24,000 bases of DNA from Methylohalomonas lacus (lineage in GTDB: Bacteria > Pseudomonadota > Gammaproteobacteria > Methylohalomonadales > Methylohalomonadaceae): positions 1-24,000 of the forward strand of contig NZ_JANUCT010000025.1 of assembly GCF_024808875.1 (NCBI RefSeq). Reading direction: 5' to 3'. The position numbers and the translations under genes were made by a program. This document shows positions 15,392-23,580 of this stretch, piece by piece. The stretch's first letter is position 1, and each line of letters starts with the position of its first letter. The notes beneath the pieces were generated by a model. It searched no databases. It was not told the origin of the DNA and was given only the letters and a program-made list of their open reading frames with translations.

Positions 15392-16081
15392 ATGACGGAT
15401 CACCACCCCGTTCACAGAAACAGCATTCACCGGCGCATCACCAGTACGCTGAAACTGATCCTGGCCGTCAGCCTGGTGCTGGCGCTGTGGGGACAGCAGT
15501 GGCTGAACGCGCTGGCCGTGGCTGCCATCCTCGGCGTGACCTTCCTGCCGGTGATTCTTGGCAATCGGTTCAAAGTGCATATCCCGTCGGAGTTCGAAGC
15601 CCTGGCAGTGATATTCATCGTCGCCAGCCTGTTCCTCGGCGAGGTGCACGCCTACTACACGCGATTCTGGTGGTGGGACGCAGTGCTGCATACGATGTCG
15701 GGGTTCCTGCTCGGCATCCTAGGTTTCCTGCTCGTCTATGTGCTGAACGAGAAGGACAACATCGAGTTCCATATGAAGCCCGGCTTCGTCGCCCTGTTCG
15801 CCTTCATGTTTGCGCTCGGCATCGGCGCCCTGTGGGAAATCTTCGAGTTCACCATGGATTCGCTGTTCGGCATGAACATGCAAAAAAGCGGACTGCAGGA
15901 CACCATGTGGGATCTGATCGTCGATGCCATAGGCGCCGGCACGATCGCCATCCTTGGTTACGGCTGGCTGAAACGCAAGAACACCGAATCGTTCCTGGAG
16001 CGCTGGATCCAGCACTTCATCGAGACCAACCCGCAGATGTTCAGGCGCCAGCGGAAATCCTCGCGATCCCGGTCCAGGTAA
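15392..16081 (+). CDS. Integral membrane protein, function unknown (about six TM helices)
   Basis: 229 aa with ATG at 15392. Hydrophobic segments include LILAVSLVLALWG, AVAAILGVTFLPVIL, ALAVIFIVASLFLG, WWWDAVLHTMSGFLLGILGFLLVYVL, FVALFAFMFALGIGALWEIFEF and LIVDAIGAGTIAILGYGWL. The tail is basic. The overlapping ORF 15487-16155 in another frame is Arg/Pro-rich junk. Confidence 0.6.
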   Translation: MTDHHPVHRNSIHRRITSTLKLILAVSLVLALWGQQWLNALAVAAILGVTFLPVILGNRFKVHIPSEFEALAVIFIVASLFLGEVHAYYTRFWWWDAVLHTMSGFLLGILGFLLVYVLNEKDNIEFHMKPGFVALFAFMFALGIGALWEIFEFTMDSLFGMNMQKSGLQDTMWDLIVDAIGAGTIAILGYGWLKRKNTESFLERWIQHFIETNPQMFRRQRKSSRSRSR

Positions 16082-16115
16082 TGGGCCCGGCTCTGCCCCG
16101 GCAGCGTAAAAAGGC

Positions 16116-16601
16116 ATGGCTATCAACCACGAATTTGACTACCACGGCTACCTGATACAGAACGTATTCCAGGCCATTCCGGACGACGTTGGTGCAGAAA
16201 TCATCGATCTATGGCTGCGTAACCGTGCCGTTGCCGGGCGGCAGGTTGCCGAGCAACGCGTCAATCAGGTCGTGCTGACCATTCGCAATCCCGAAAAACG
16301 CCTTGTCGGGGTATCCACGGTCTATATCGGCGATTTTCTACGTCCCGGCCAGCGCTACTATTTCTACCGCATGTTCATCCAGCCCGGCGACCGCAGACCC
16401 GGCCTGATGCGCTGCGTCTCGCTGCGCACCCGCGATCTGCTGAAGCAGCAAAATCCGCCTGACGGCCCCAAAGGCCTGATTATCGTTACCGAAAATCAAA
16501 AACTTATGCGACCCGGCATGAAGCGGATGTTTGAGCGTAACGGTTATGAATACCTGGGCCGGGGCCCGCGCGGCAACGATTTATGGCGCTATCAATTCTG
16601 A
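16116..16601 (+). CDS. Hypothetical protein, possibly GNAT-like fold
   Basis: 161 aa with AAGG 3-6 nt upstream of ATG 16116, 35 nt after the membrane-protein stop. RLVGVSTVYIGD...YYFYRMFIQPGDRRPGLMRCV...GLIIVTEN...MFERNGYEYLG weakly resembles the acetyltransferase beta4-alpha3 region and the C-terminal 'GF...G' ending. This is not verified. Confidence 0.4.
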   Translation: MAINHEFDYHGYLIQNVFQAIPDDVGAEIIDLWLRNRAVAGRQVAEQRVNQVVLTIRNPEKRLVGVSTVYIGDFLRPGQRYYFYRMFIQPGDRRPGLMRCVSLRTRDLLKQQNPPDGPKGLIIVTENQKLMRPGMKRMFERNGYEYLGRGPRGNDLWRYQF

Positions 16602-16844
16602 GCATTCCTGTCCCGCACACAGAAGCAAGGTAAAGGCAGGGGAAATTCACGAGAATTAAGTAGAATTTTCTTTGCGTCCGGGCCGGACATTAGCTAGTAT
16701 CCCTAGACACGGGAATTGCAGGGAATTTAGTAGCTTATCTCAAATGGTCCGGCGCCGGGGGGCGCAGGGCTAGCGCATTGTCGCAGCAAATTCCTTCATT
16801 AGTCGGCGAACATCGCCAGCCACAACAATCCAGGGGGAAATACC

Positions 16845-19598
16845 ATGAGTTCTGTCGCCAGAGCGAAGCCGTGCTTTATTGTGCCTTCCAACCCGCTTAT
16901 GGCACGCCGCATGGCGTTGAGCACGGCCGTTAGCCTCGCACTGGGAGCCATGCCGGTCTATGCCGAAGACTGGGAAGGCAATATTGAAGTCTTCGCCATG
17001 CCGACCAATGAACGCACCCTCATGGGCGCGCAGCTGTTGCAGCCGATATGGCAGGACCAGACGTCCATGGCCTACCTCGATTTCCGCGGCATTGTTGATC
17101 TCGGTGATACCAACGAATTCAACCTCGGTGCCGGCTACCGCCGTATGGCCTTCGACCGGCGCTGGATCTTCGGCGGTTACGCCAGCTTTGACACCCGCGA
17201 AACCCGCACGGACAACCGGTTCAACCAGGTGACCCTGGGTCTCGAAGCCCTCTCGCGCGAATGGGATTTCCGGGTCAACGGCTACATTCCGACAACCGAC
17301 GAAAAGACCCTCGGTCCGGCCAGCTTCGGCGGCCGTTTCCAGGGCAATCGCCTGTTCGCCGGGCGCCGCACCGAAGAAGCCCTGCACGGCATGGATATCG
17401 AGGTCGGCCGCTTGCTGGAATTCATCCCGTTCGGTGAAACCCGGCTCTATCTGGCCGGCTATCACTTCGACGGCGACGTCGTCAGCAAATCGACCGGCTT
17501 TGGCAAGAAAGCCCGCATCGAGTACCGCCCGCGCAAGGACATCACGCTCGAACTCGGCATCCAGGACGACAATCTCTTCGGTACCGAGAGCTTCCTCAAG
17601 ATCAGCTATTCGTTCGGCATGCCCGCCGAGAACGGCATCCGCACGATGGACGAACGCATGGTGGAGTTTGCCGAGCGCGACGTGGACATCCGCACGACCG
17701 GCCCGCTACCGGAGCGTCTCACCACCGCGACCGGGCCGGGCAAGGATCTGCTGATCTCCGACAACGTCGTTCACGTCGATAACGAGAACGACGATCCGGA
17801 AGGTGGCGACGGTACAATCGAGAATCCTTACACCTCGGTGGCAAACTGCAATGCTGGCCGCTGCGTCAACAACCAGGGCGCCATCATTTATGTCCATGAA
17901 GGCGAGATGGATTACACCGATGAAGGCTTCATGCTGGAAAACATGCAGCGCCTGCTCGGTCAGGGTGTCAGCCTCTACGGCATCGGTGGCGATGCCTATC
18001 CGGTATTGCGTGACAATACGACGGACAATGGCAGTTACGGCGTCGAGTTGAGCCGTAACAATGAAGTTGCCGGCCTGCGATTCGAGGGTCACGAATATGC
18101 GATAAGTAATTACAATGCCAAGTACGGCTCCGGCATCAACATCAACAGCTTTAACATCCATGATAACCAGATATATGGTGCCTCGTCCGCCGGTATTGAA
18201 ATATTCACGGGCAGTTTCGAAGGTAATGTCTCCAGCACCGGTCGCATAGCCAACAATACGATCGTCGGCAGCTATGGCGAGTTCGGAGGCGGCCAGGGCA
18301 CTGGCATATTTCTTGGCAATACCGCTCTTGGCAATGGCGCCAGTTCCACGCAGTCTGTGACTGTCACACAAAACGACATTGCCGGACATGAAAGTGGGCT
18401 ATATGCAGAAAATACGGCTATTAACGGTGGCAGTGCCACCCAGAATCTCGATATTGGCAGCAACTATTTTGCCGGCAATAAATACACGGGGGCACATTTT
18501 ACAAATAGAGATTCGTCCGGCACCGGTGAAACTGCCATCCAGGATATAACCCTGACCGGGAATACCTTCGTGGCAAATGGCATAGGCAATGGACAAGATG
18601 ATGGGCCGCTTATCAATGGCCCCGGCATGGGCAGCAAGTATGGCGGCGGCGCCGTCTTTGGGAACTATGCTGAAGGCGAATCGGCCGTCGCGCAGCAGAC
18701 CATCTCGGCCAGTGATAATGTCTTTGCACTCAATAGTAACGGGTTGATGGCCTATAACAGAGGTGACGAAGGCGGTTCTGCACAACAGGATGTCACTCTT
18801 ACCAATAACGAATTTTATGAGAACAAATATGCAGGCGCCGGGTTCATCAACCTGGATGGTGCATCTGATCCCATTGCACGGACTGCGACCCAGAATGTGA
18901 CACTTATCGACAACGAATTTCGCTATAACGGACTATATGGCGGAGGTGGACCCGTTGGCAGCGGGGCCGCTTCCTTCATGAACAGTGCAAAATACGGTTC
19001 AACGGCCACCCAGACCGCAGACCTGAGTGGCAACAGCATGCTCTATAACAGCATGGGTCTAAGTGCATTGAACCTCGGCATTGATGGAGGTGCCGCCACC
19101 CAGGAGTTCACGCTCACTGATAACCAGATTGGTAATAGTGAATTCGGAGGTGCCGGTTTCCTCAATATCGATGGCGGGAGCGCCCCACAGGCCATTACTG
19201 CGATACAACGTGTCACTTCCAACGGCGGAAACAGTATCAGCAATAATAACGGCCCCGGCGTCTATGCTGAAAACAACGCCTTCGATGGCGGCGAAGCACG
19301 TCAGTTTGTCGATTTGAGCGGCGACAGCATTAATAGCAATGATGGACCCGCTGTATTGGTTGGCAACCGTTCCGAGGATGCCGACAGTCTGGCCCAGCAG
19401 GAACTCAGGCTCAATGGCGCCAGCCTCACTGATAATGCCTACGGCGGCGTATTCTCCAACGAGGCGGACGGTGGCACTGCCAATCAGTACGGTGACCTGT
19501 ACGGCGCCGATTTCGGCGGCAGTGGCGGCTACGCTATCGACGGTGACGCGGTTCAGCAATTCATCCTGCCGGACGGTGATGAATTCAACAATTTGTGA
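16845..19598 (+). CDS. Inverse autotransporter (intimin/invasin-type N-terminal beta-barrel) with a parallel beta-helix-like repeat passenger
   Basis: 917 aa with SD GGGGGA (16834-16839) before ATG 16845. The signal peptide is ...MARRMALSTAVSLALGAMPVYA|ED (alternative start ATG 16899). The barrel motifs NLGAGYRRM...WIFGGYASFDTRE...RFNQVTLGLEALSREWDFRVNGYIP match the intimin/invasin pattern N-[IL]-G-x-G-[WY]-R...W-x-x-G-x-N/Y-x-F-x-D...R-x-x-L-G-x-E-A...N-G-Y. The linker is MDERMVEFAERDVDIRT. It is followed by ~630 aa of degenerate ~30-35-aa units ([ST]-A-x-Q-x-[VL]-x-L-[ST]-x-N-x-[FI]-x-x-N-x-x-x-G-[AL]-x-F-x-N) rich in Asn and Gly. Confidence 0.75.
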   Translation: MSSVARAKPCFIVPSNPLMARRMALSTAVSLALGAMPVYAEDWEGNIEVFAMPTNERTLMGAQLLQPIWQDQTSMAYLDFRGIVDLGDTNEFNLGAGYRRMAFDRRWIFGGYASFDTRETRTDNRFNQVTLGLEALSREWDFRVNGYIPTTDEKTLGPASFGGRFQGNRLFAGRRTEEALHGMDIEVGRLLEFIPFGETRLYLAGYHFDGDVVSKSTGFGKKARIEYRPRKDITLELGIQDDNLFGTESFLKISYSFGMPAENGIRTMDERMVEFAERDVDIRTTGPLPERLTTATGPGKDLLISDNVVHVDNENDDPEGGDGTIENPYTSVANCNAGRCVNNQGAIIYVHEGEMDYTDEGFMLENMQRLLGQGVSLYGIGGDAYPVLRDNTTDNGSYGVELSRNNEVAGLRFEGHEYAISNYNAKYGSGININSFNIHDNQIYGASSAGIEIFTGSFEGNVSSTGRIANNTIVGSYGEFGGGQGTGIFLGNTALGNGASSTQSVTVTQNDIAGHESGLYAENTAINGGSATQNLDIGSNYFAGNKYTGAHFTNRDSSGTGETAIQDITLTGNTFVANGIGNGQDDGPLINGPGMGSKYGGGAVFGNYAEGESAVAQQTISASDNVFALNSNGLMAYNRGDEGGSAQQDVTLTNNEFYENKYAGAGFINLDGASDPIARTATQNVTLIDNEFRYNGLYGGGGPVGSGAASFMNSAKYGSTATQTADLSGNSMLYNSMGLSALNLGIDGGAATQEFTLTDNQIGNSEFGGAGFLNIDGGSAPQAITAIQRVTSNGGNSISNNNGPGVYAENNAFDGGEARQFVDLSGDSINSNDGPAVLVGNRSEDADSLAQQELRLNGASLTDNAYGGVFSNEADGGTANQYGDLYGADFGGSGGYAIDGDAVQQFILPDGDEFNNL

Positions 19599-19618
19599 CA
19601 TGGTCACTGGTTGCCCAA

Positions 19619-19650
19619 GGCCGGCGTAACAACGCCGGCCTATCTCTTTA
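19619..19650 (+). terminator. Rho-independent terminator candidate after the inverse autotransporter
   Basis: GGCCGGCG-TAACAA-CGCCGGCC is a perfect 8-bp GC stem (19619-19640) followed by TATCTCTTTA. It starts 21 nt after the stop codon. Confidence 0.55.
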
Positions 19651-19677
19651 CCCTAAAACACCTCCAAAATAACGGCC

Positions 19678-21570
19678 ATGCAGCCGCGTTACTCCAACGA
19701 TCACTTTCTCGACAACACGGTACACGCCATGCCGGCGGCCAGTGTGCCGCTGGGACGCAATGACCCCTGTCCCTGTAACAGCGGGCTGAAGCATCGCCAC
19801 TGCTGCGGACTGAAACGCTTGCAACCGCCGCACCGGGAACAGGCCGACAACGTTGAGGACGAATACCAGGCCGCCGAGGCGGCAGCCGCCGAAAACAATC
19901 TGGAAAGTGCACGCAGCAACTGCATCGCGGTACTGAGCCATGCACCGGGACACCGGCGCGCCCTATATCTGCTCTCCCGACTGCAGCGCCAGGCCGGTAA
20001 CCTGGCCGCAACAGAAGTGTTGCTGCGCCGGGTTGTCCGGCTCGCGCCACAGCATGAGGCCACCCAGGCCGAACTGGCCATGCTGCTGTACCAGCGACAC
20101 AACCTTGCCGACGCGGAACAGTACGCGCGTAACGTCGTGCGTCTGAACCCGGATAACGCGCAGGGTCACAACCTCATGGGCATGATCCTGACCGACGCCC
20201 ACCGCTTGCCGGCGGCGGAATTTCATTATCGCCGGGCACTGGAATTGCACGGACCGATCGGCAAGCTGTGCGCCAATCTCGGTCTCAATCTCAAGCAGCA
20301 GGGCAAGCTGGCCGAGGCTGAGCAGCTCTACCGCCAGGCACTGGAACTGGAACCGGAGAATACCGTCAGCCTGATGGGCTGGCTGCAGCTCAAAGAGGTC
20401 AGCCGCGATTTCGATGCCGCCGCGGATCTGCTGGCCGACCTGGAACGCAGACTGCCCCCCGACCATGTCAGCGTCTGCATGAGCCGGTCGGTACTGCACC
20501 GCCGCGAGAAGGATTTCGAGGCCGCACTGGCGGCCCTGGACAGGGCCAGACCCGAGCAGACCGCCGGCCATCCGGCCTACCAGTACGAGCGCGGCGAAGT
20601 CCTCGACCAGCTGGGCCGCTACGCGGAGGCTTTCACGGCGTTTGCGGAAGCCAACCGAATCGTGCGCGAGCAGGGACAGCGCACCTATGCCGAGGACCGC
20701 ACTCGGCAATTCATAGCACGCCTGAAAGGATTTTTTACAAGAGACCGGGTCGACCGTCTGCCGAAAGGCAGGCCGGCGCCCCACGAGCCGGCGACGCCCG
20801 TATTCATCGTCGGTTATCCCCGGTCCGGCACAACCATGGTCGAACAGATACTGACCACGCATGCGGATATCGCCGCCGGCGATGAACTGCACTTCATCTG
20901 GGAGCTGACGGCCGCGGCACCCAAAATGCTCAACAGCACCCTGGCCTACCCCGAGTGCCTGGCCGATTTGTGGTTTGGCGACAACCAGGCTGCGCCGGAG
21001 GCCCTGCGCGATTTCTATCTAAAAAAGGCCAAACACCTCGGCATCGTCCAGCCGGATCAGCGCTTTTTTACCGACAAGATGCCGCTGAACGAAACCAATC
21101 TCGGTCTCATTCACCTGCTGTTTCCGGAAGCACCGGTCATACACCTGATCCGGCACCCGCTGGACGTCGTGCTGTCGTGCTTCTGTAATGACCTCACCCA
21201 CGGCAACAACATGGCCTACGGACTGGAAAGCGCGGCCCGGCATTACCTGCTGATCCGGGAGTTGATGGATCACTACCTGGAACAGATGGACATCAACTAT
21301 CTGCCGATCCGTTACGAAGATATTGTCGACGCACCGGAACCGAATGCGCGCAGGCTGCTCGATTTCGTCGGCGTCGACTGGGACCCGCGCTGTCTCGATT
21401 TTCACCAGAACCCGCGTTACGCGCGCACTGCCAGCTATGCCCAGGTCACGGAGAAGCTCTACACCCGTTCACGCTACCGTTATATGCATTACCTGGCGCA
21501 ACTGGAACCGGTAATACCGATGCTCGAACCGGTCATCCGGCGGCTGGGCTACAGCATCGAACAACCGTAA
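19678..21570 (+). CDS. SEC-C motif + TPR repeats + sulfotransferase domain fusion protein
   Basis: 630 aa. The SEC-C motif RNDPCPCNSGLKHRHCC is encoded at 19756-19806. The TPR-like repeats span aa ~70-335 (e.g. AEQYARNVVRLNPDNAQGHNLMGMIL, AEQLYRQALELEPEN). The sulfotransferase PAPS-binding motifs are 5'-PSB GYPRSGTTM (PRSGTT at 20818-20835) and 3'-PB IRHPLDVVLS. Confidence 0.8.
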   Translation: MQPRYSNDHFLDNTVHAMPAASVPLGRNDPCPCNSGLKHRHCCGLKRLQPPHREQADNVEDEYQAAEAAAAENNLESARSNCIAVLSHAPGHRRALYLLSRLQRQAGNLAATEVLLRRVVRLAPQHEATQAELAMLLYQRHNLADAEQYARNVVRLNPDNAQGHNLMGMILTDAHRLPAAEFHYRRALELHGPIGKLCANLGLNLKQQGKLAEAEQLYRQALELEPENTVSLMGWLQLKEVSRDFDAAADLLADLERRLPPDHVSVCMSRSVLHRREKDFEAALAALDRARPEQTAGHPAYQYERGEVLDQLGRYAEAFTAFAEANRIVREQGQRTYAEDRTRQFIARLKGFFTRDRVDRLPKGRPAPHEPATPVFIVGYPRSGTTMVEQILTTHADIAAGDELHFIWELTAAAPKMLNSTLAYPECLADLWFGDNQAAPEALRDFYLKKAKHLGIVQPDQRFFTDKMPLNETNLGLIHLLFPEAPVIHLIRHPLDVVLSCFCNDLTHGNNMAYGLESAARHYLLIRELMDHYLEQMDINYLPIRYEDIVDAPEPNARRLLDFVGVDWDPRCLDFHQNPRYARTASYAQVTEKLYTRSRYRYMHYLAQLEPVIPMLEPVIRRLGYSIEQP

Positions 21571-21610
21571 AACGGCATACGTGCATAGGGACGTGTGCCC
21601 ATCCTACTGT

Positions 21611-22759
21611 TCAACATTCACTGATCGAGGCGTAAAACTTGCCGTTGGCGCCGCGCTCGATAACATCAACATACTCAAATTGCAGTCGCTCGGGCACATA
21701 ACCGAAATGATCGGCGAACGCCCGTTCCACTGCTTTTTCCAGATGCTTCGGCGCCACCAATCTGACGGTAAAGTCGTCGACACCGTGCTGGATAACCTGG
21801 TACTGGCGCATACCGGCCAAATCGCGCAGCGCCACCGACAGATCAGTAAAGACCACCCGCCGGCCATCACGATGCAGCAACGCCCCCCGTATCTTGCCAT
21901 CAATGCGCGCCAGCGCCGGCAGAGAGATGCGGCCGCAGGGACACTGACCACGAACCGCATAATCACCCAGTTCGTAACGGATAAACGGGCTGCGGCGATT
22001 GAAATAATCCGTGATCACCACACGGCCCCGTTCCCCTTCTGCACAGGGCTCGCCGGCGTCATCAAGCACCTCGACGCCCAACAGCTCGGCATTGACATGG
22101 TGGAAGTCCGGCTCAAACGGACAGCGTCCCGCAATCAGGCCGAATTCCATCGAACTGTAGGTGCTCCAGATATGCGCATTAGGGAAAGCGCGCTGGATCA
22201 GGGCTTCCTGTTGCGGTTCAAAGGCCTCCGCGAACACGCCAAAACGCCGGATGAAACCCATATCCAGTCCGTCTTCCAGCACTTTCTGCGCAAGCAGTTC
22301 GGCATTGCTCGGATAGGTGGTGATGGCAACCGCGCCCGCTGTGCGGTGGCGCTGCCGGATAAACTCAAGCTGCTCCGCGAGCGAACTGCTGATGTCCATG
22401 AGATCCGGTGCCTGCCGGTCGCCGCTGTGCGGGTGCACCAGCCGTACACGCGGCAGCCGGCCACCCAGCCACTCGACAAAACGCTGCTCCGCCATGGCCG
22501 ACAGCCGCTGGCGCTCGGCATCCTGACTCAGCCGCACCGGCACACCGGTAGAACCCGATGTGGTCACGGTCACAGGGTGCCCATTCAAAATTTCCTCGTT
22601 ATGGGCCAGGAATGTCCGGCGATCAAGAATCGGCACCGTAGCCGAGCCATTGAGCCAGTGCTGGTAGAACGGATGATTTGCATGCGCCCAGCTGGTAATG
22701 GCCTGAAAATGTCGTTCGGCATAGGGCCGGCCACGAAAACTGGCAGGTATAATGAACAT
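21611..22759 (-). CDS. Adenylate-forming enzyme, PaaK/CapK/F390-synthetase-like ligase
   Basis: 382 aa. The AMP-binding core motif TTSGSTGVPV has TSGSTGVP encoded at 22538-22561. The overall size and the C-terminal segment ...VIQHGVDDFTVRLV... are typical of phenylacetate-CoA-ligase-family proteins found in capsule and natural-product loci. The 410-aa + strand ORF 21581-22813 is its antisense shadow. Confidence 0.65.
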   Translation of the reverse strand: MFIIPASFRGRPYAERHFQAITSWAHANHPFYQHWLNGSATVPILDRRTFLAHNEEILNGHPVTVTTSGSTGVPVRLSQDAERQRLSAMAEQRFVEWLGGRLPRVRLVHPHSGDRQAPDLMDISSSLAEQLEFIRQRHRTAGAVAITTYPSNAELLAQKVLEDGLDMGFIRRFGVFAEAFEPQQEALIQRAFPNAHIWSTYSSMEFGLIAGRCPFEPDFHHVNAELLGVEVLDDAGEPCAEGERGRVVITDYFNRRSPFIRYELGDYAVRGQCPCGRISLPALARIDGKIRGALLHRDGRRVVFTDLSVALRDLAGMRQYQVIQHGVDDFTVRLVAPKHLEKAVERAFADHFGYVPERLQFEYVDVIERGANGKFYASISEC

Positions 22760-22812
22760 GCAGACAAGTTACCCAGTAAAGTCAATCATTCCAGCACTGA
22801 ATACCGGACATA

Positions 22813-23577
22813 ATGAGCATGCAGGACTACAGTGCCATATTCAACGCACGCGGCCAGTCCTATAACGAGGCCATGGCGCAGTGTCCGGCCGCCCGCGAAA
22901 CCGAACGCCAATGCCTGATCGATTACCTTAAACCGCGTGCGGGTGAATGCATCGCCGACATACCCGCTGGCGGCGGCTACCTGGCTGACGGTTTGCATGA
23001 CCGGACTGACGGTCAGTGCCAGGTCATCTGCATTGAGCCATCAGCGCTTTTCGGCGCCGATATCGATCCGGTGCATACCTTCATCTGCGCACCAGCGGAC
23101 GACATCAAGGCTTTGGCGCCAGCCAGTCTCGATGCAATCGCCAGCCTGGCCGGCCTGCATCACTTTAGTGACCGGCAGCCACTTTACCGGGAATGGGCAC
23201 GCCTGCTCAAACCCGGCGGACGCGTCGCTCTGGCCGATGTAGAGATCAATACGCCGACCGCTGCGTTCCTGAACGGCTTCGTCGACACGCATACGCCCGG
23301 TGGCCATCGAGGCGTATTCCTGGAGCCGGGCGAACTGACCGAACAACTGGCCGCAGCCGGATTCGGTGACATCCGCGAACAATACCACCGGGTAGACTGG
23401 CGTTTTTCCGATAGACCAACCATGGTGGCATTTTGTGGTCGTCTGTTCAGCATTAACAGTGCCGGCGCTGCTACGATAGAAGCCGCCTTGAAAGAACAAT
23501 TGGGTACTGGCGAAACGCCAACCAATGATTATCTGTTACGCTGGGAATTACGTTACGCCAGCGCCGTTCGACTGTAA
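22813..23577 (+). CDS. Class I SAM-dependent methyltransferase
   Basis: 254 aa. Motif I is CIADIPAGGGYLADGL, the post-I acidic residue is in VICIEPS, and motif III is LKPGGRVALADV. It is divergent from the ligase gene, separated by a 53-bp gap. Confidence 0.8.
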   Translation: MSMQDYSAIFNARGQSYNEAMAQCPAARETERQCLIDYLKPRAGECIADIPAGGGYLADGLHDRTDGQCQVICIEPSALFGADIDPVHTFICAPADDIKALAPASLDAIASLAGLHHFSDRQPLYREWARLLKPGGRVALADVEINTPTAAFLNGFVDTHTPGGHRGVFLEPGELTEQLAAAGFGDIREQYHRVDWRFSDRPTMVAFCGRLFSINSAGAATIEAALKEQLGTGETPTNDYLLRWELRYASAVRL

Positions 23578-23580
23578 TCC

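Noticed and set aside
15487-16155. 222-aa ORF overlapping the membrane-protein gene in another frame
   Set aside because: Its product is Arg/Pro/His-rich and has no hydrophobic segments. The 15392-16081 frame gives a coherent multi-TM protein followed by a well-spaced downstream gene.
19963-20892. 309-aa minus-strand ORF, and the smaller minus-strand ORFs at 19640-20102
   Set aside because: They are antisense to the TPR/sulfotransferase gene, have no recognisable domains, and show typical GC-rich shadow composition.
21571-21610. Bidirectional terminator between the convergent sulfotransferase and ligase genes
   Set aside because: Only an 8-bp stem with a G-U wobble (GGCATACG / CGTGTGCC) and a 10-nt loop is present, with no flanking T or A tract. 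This is too weak to annotate.
21581-22813. 410-aa + strand ORF
   Set aside because: It is the antisense shadow of the PaaK/CapK-like ligase gene. It has no motifs, is Arg- and His-rich, and would overlap the methyltransferase start. The minus-strand frame carries the TSGSTGVP adenylation motif.
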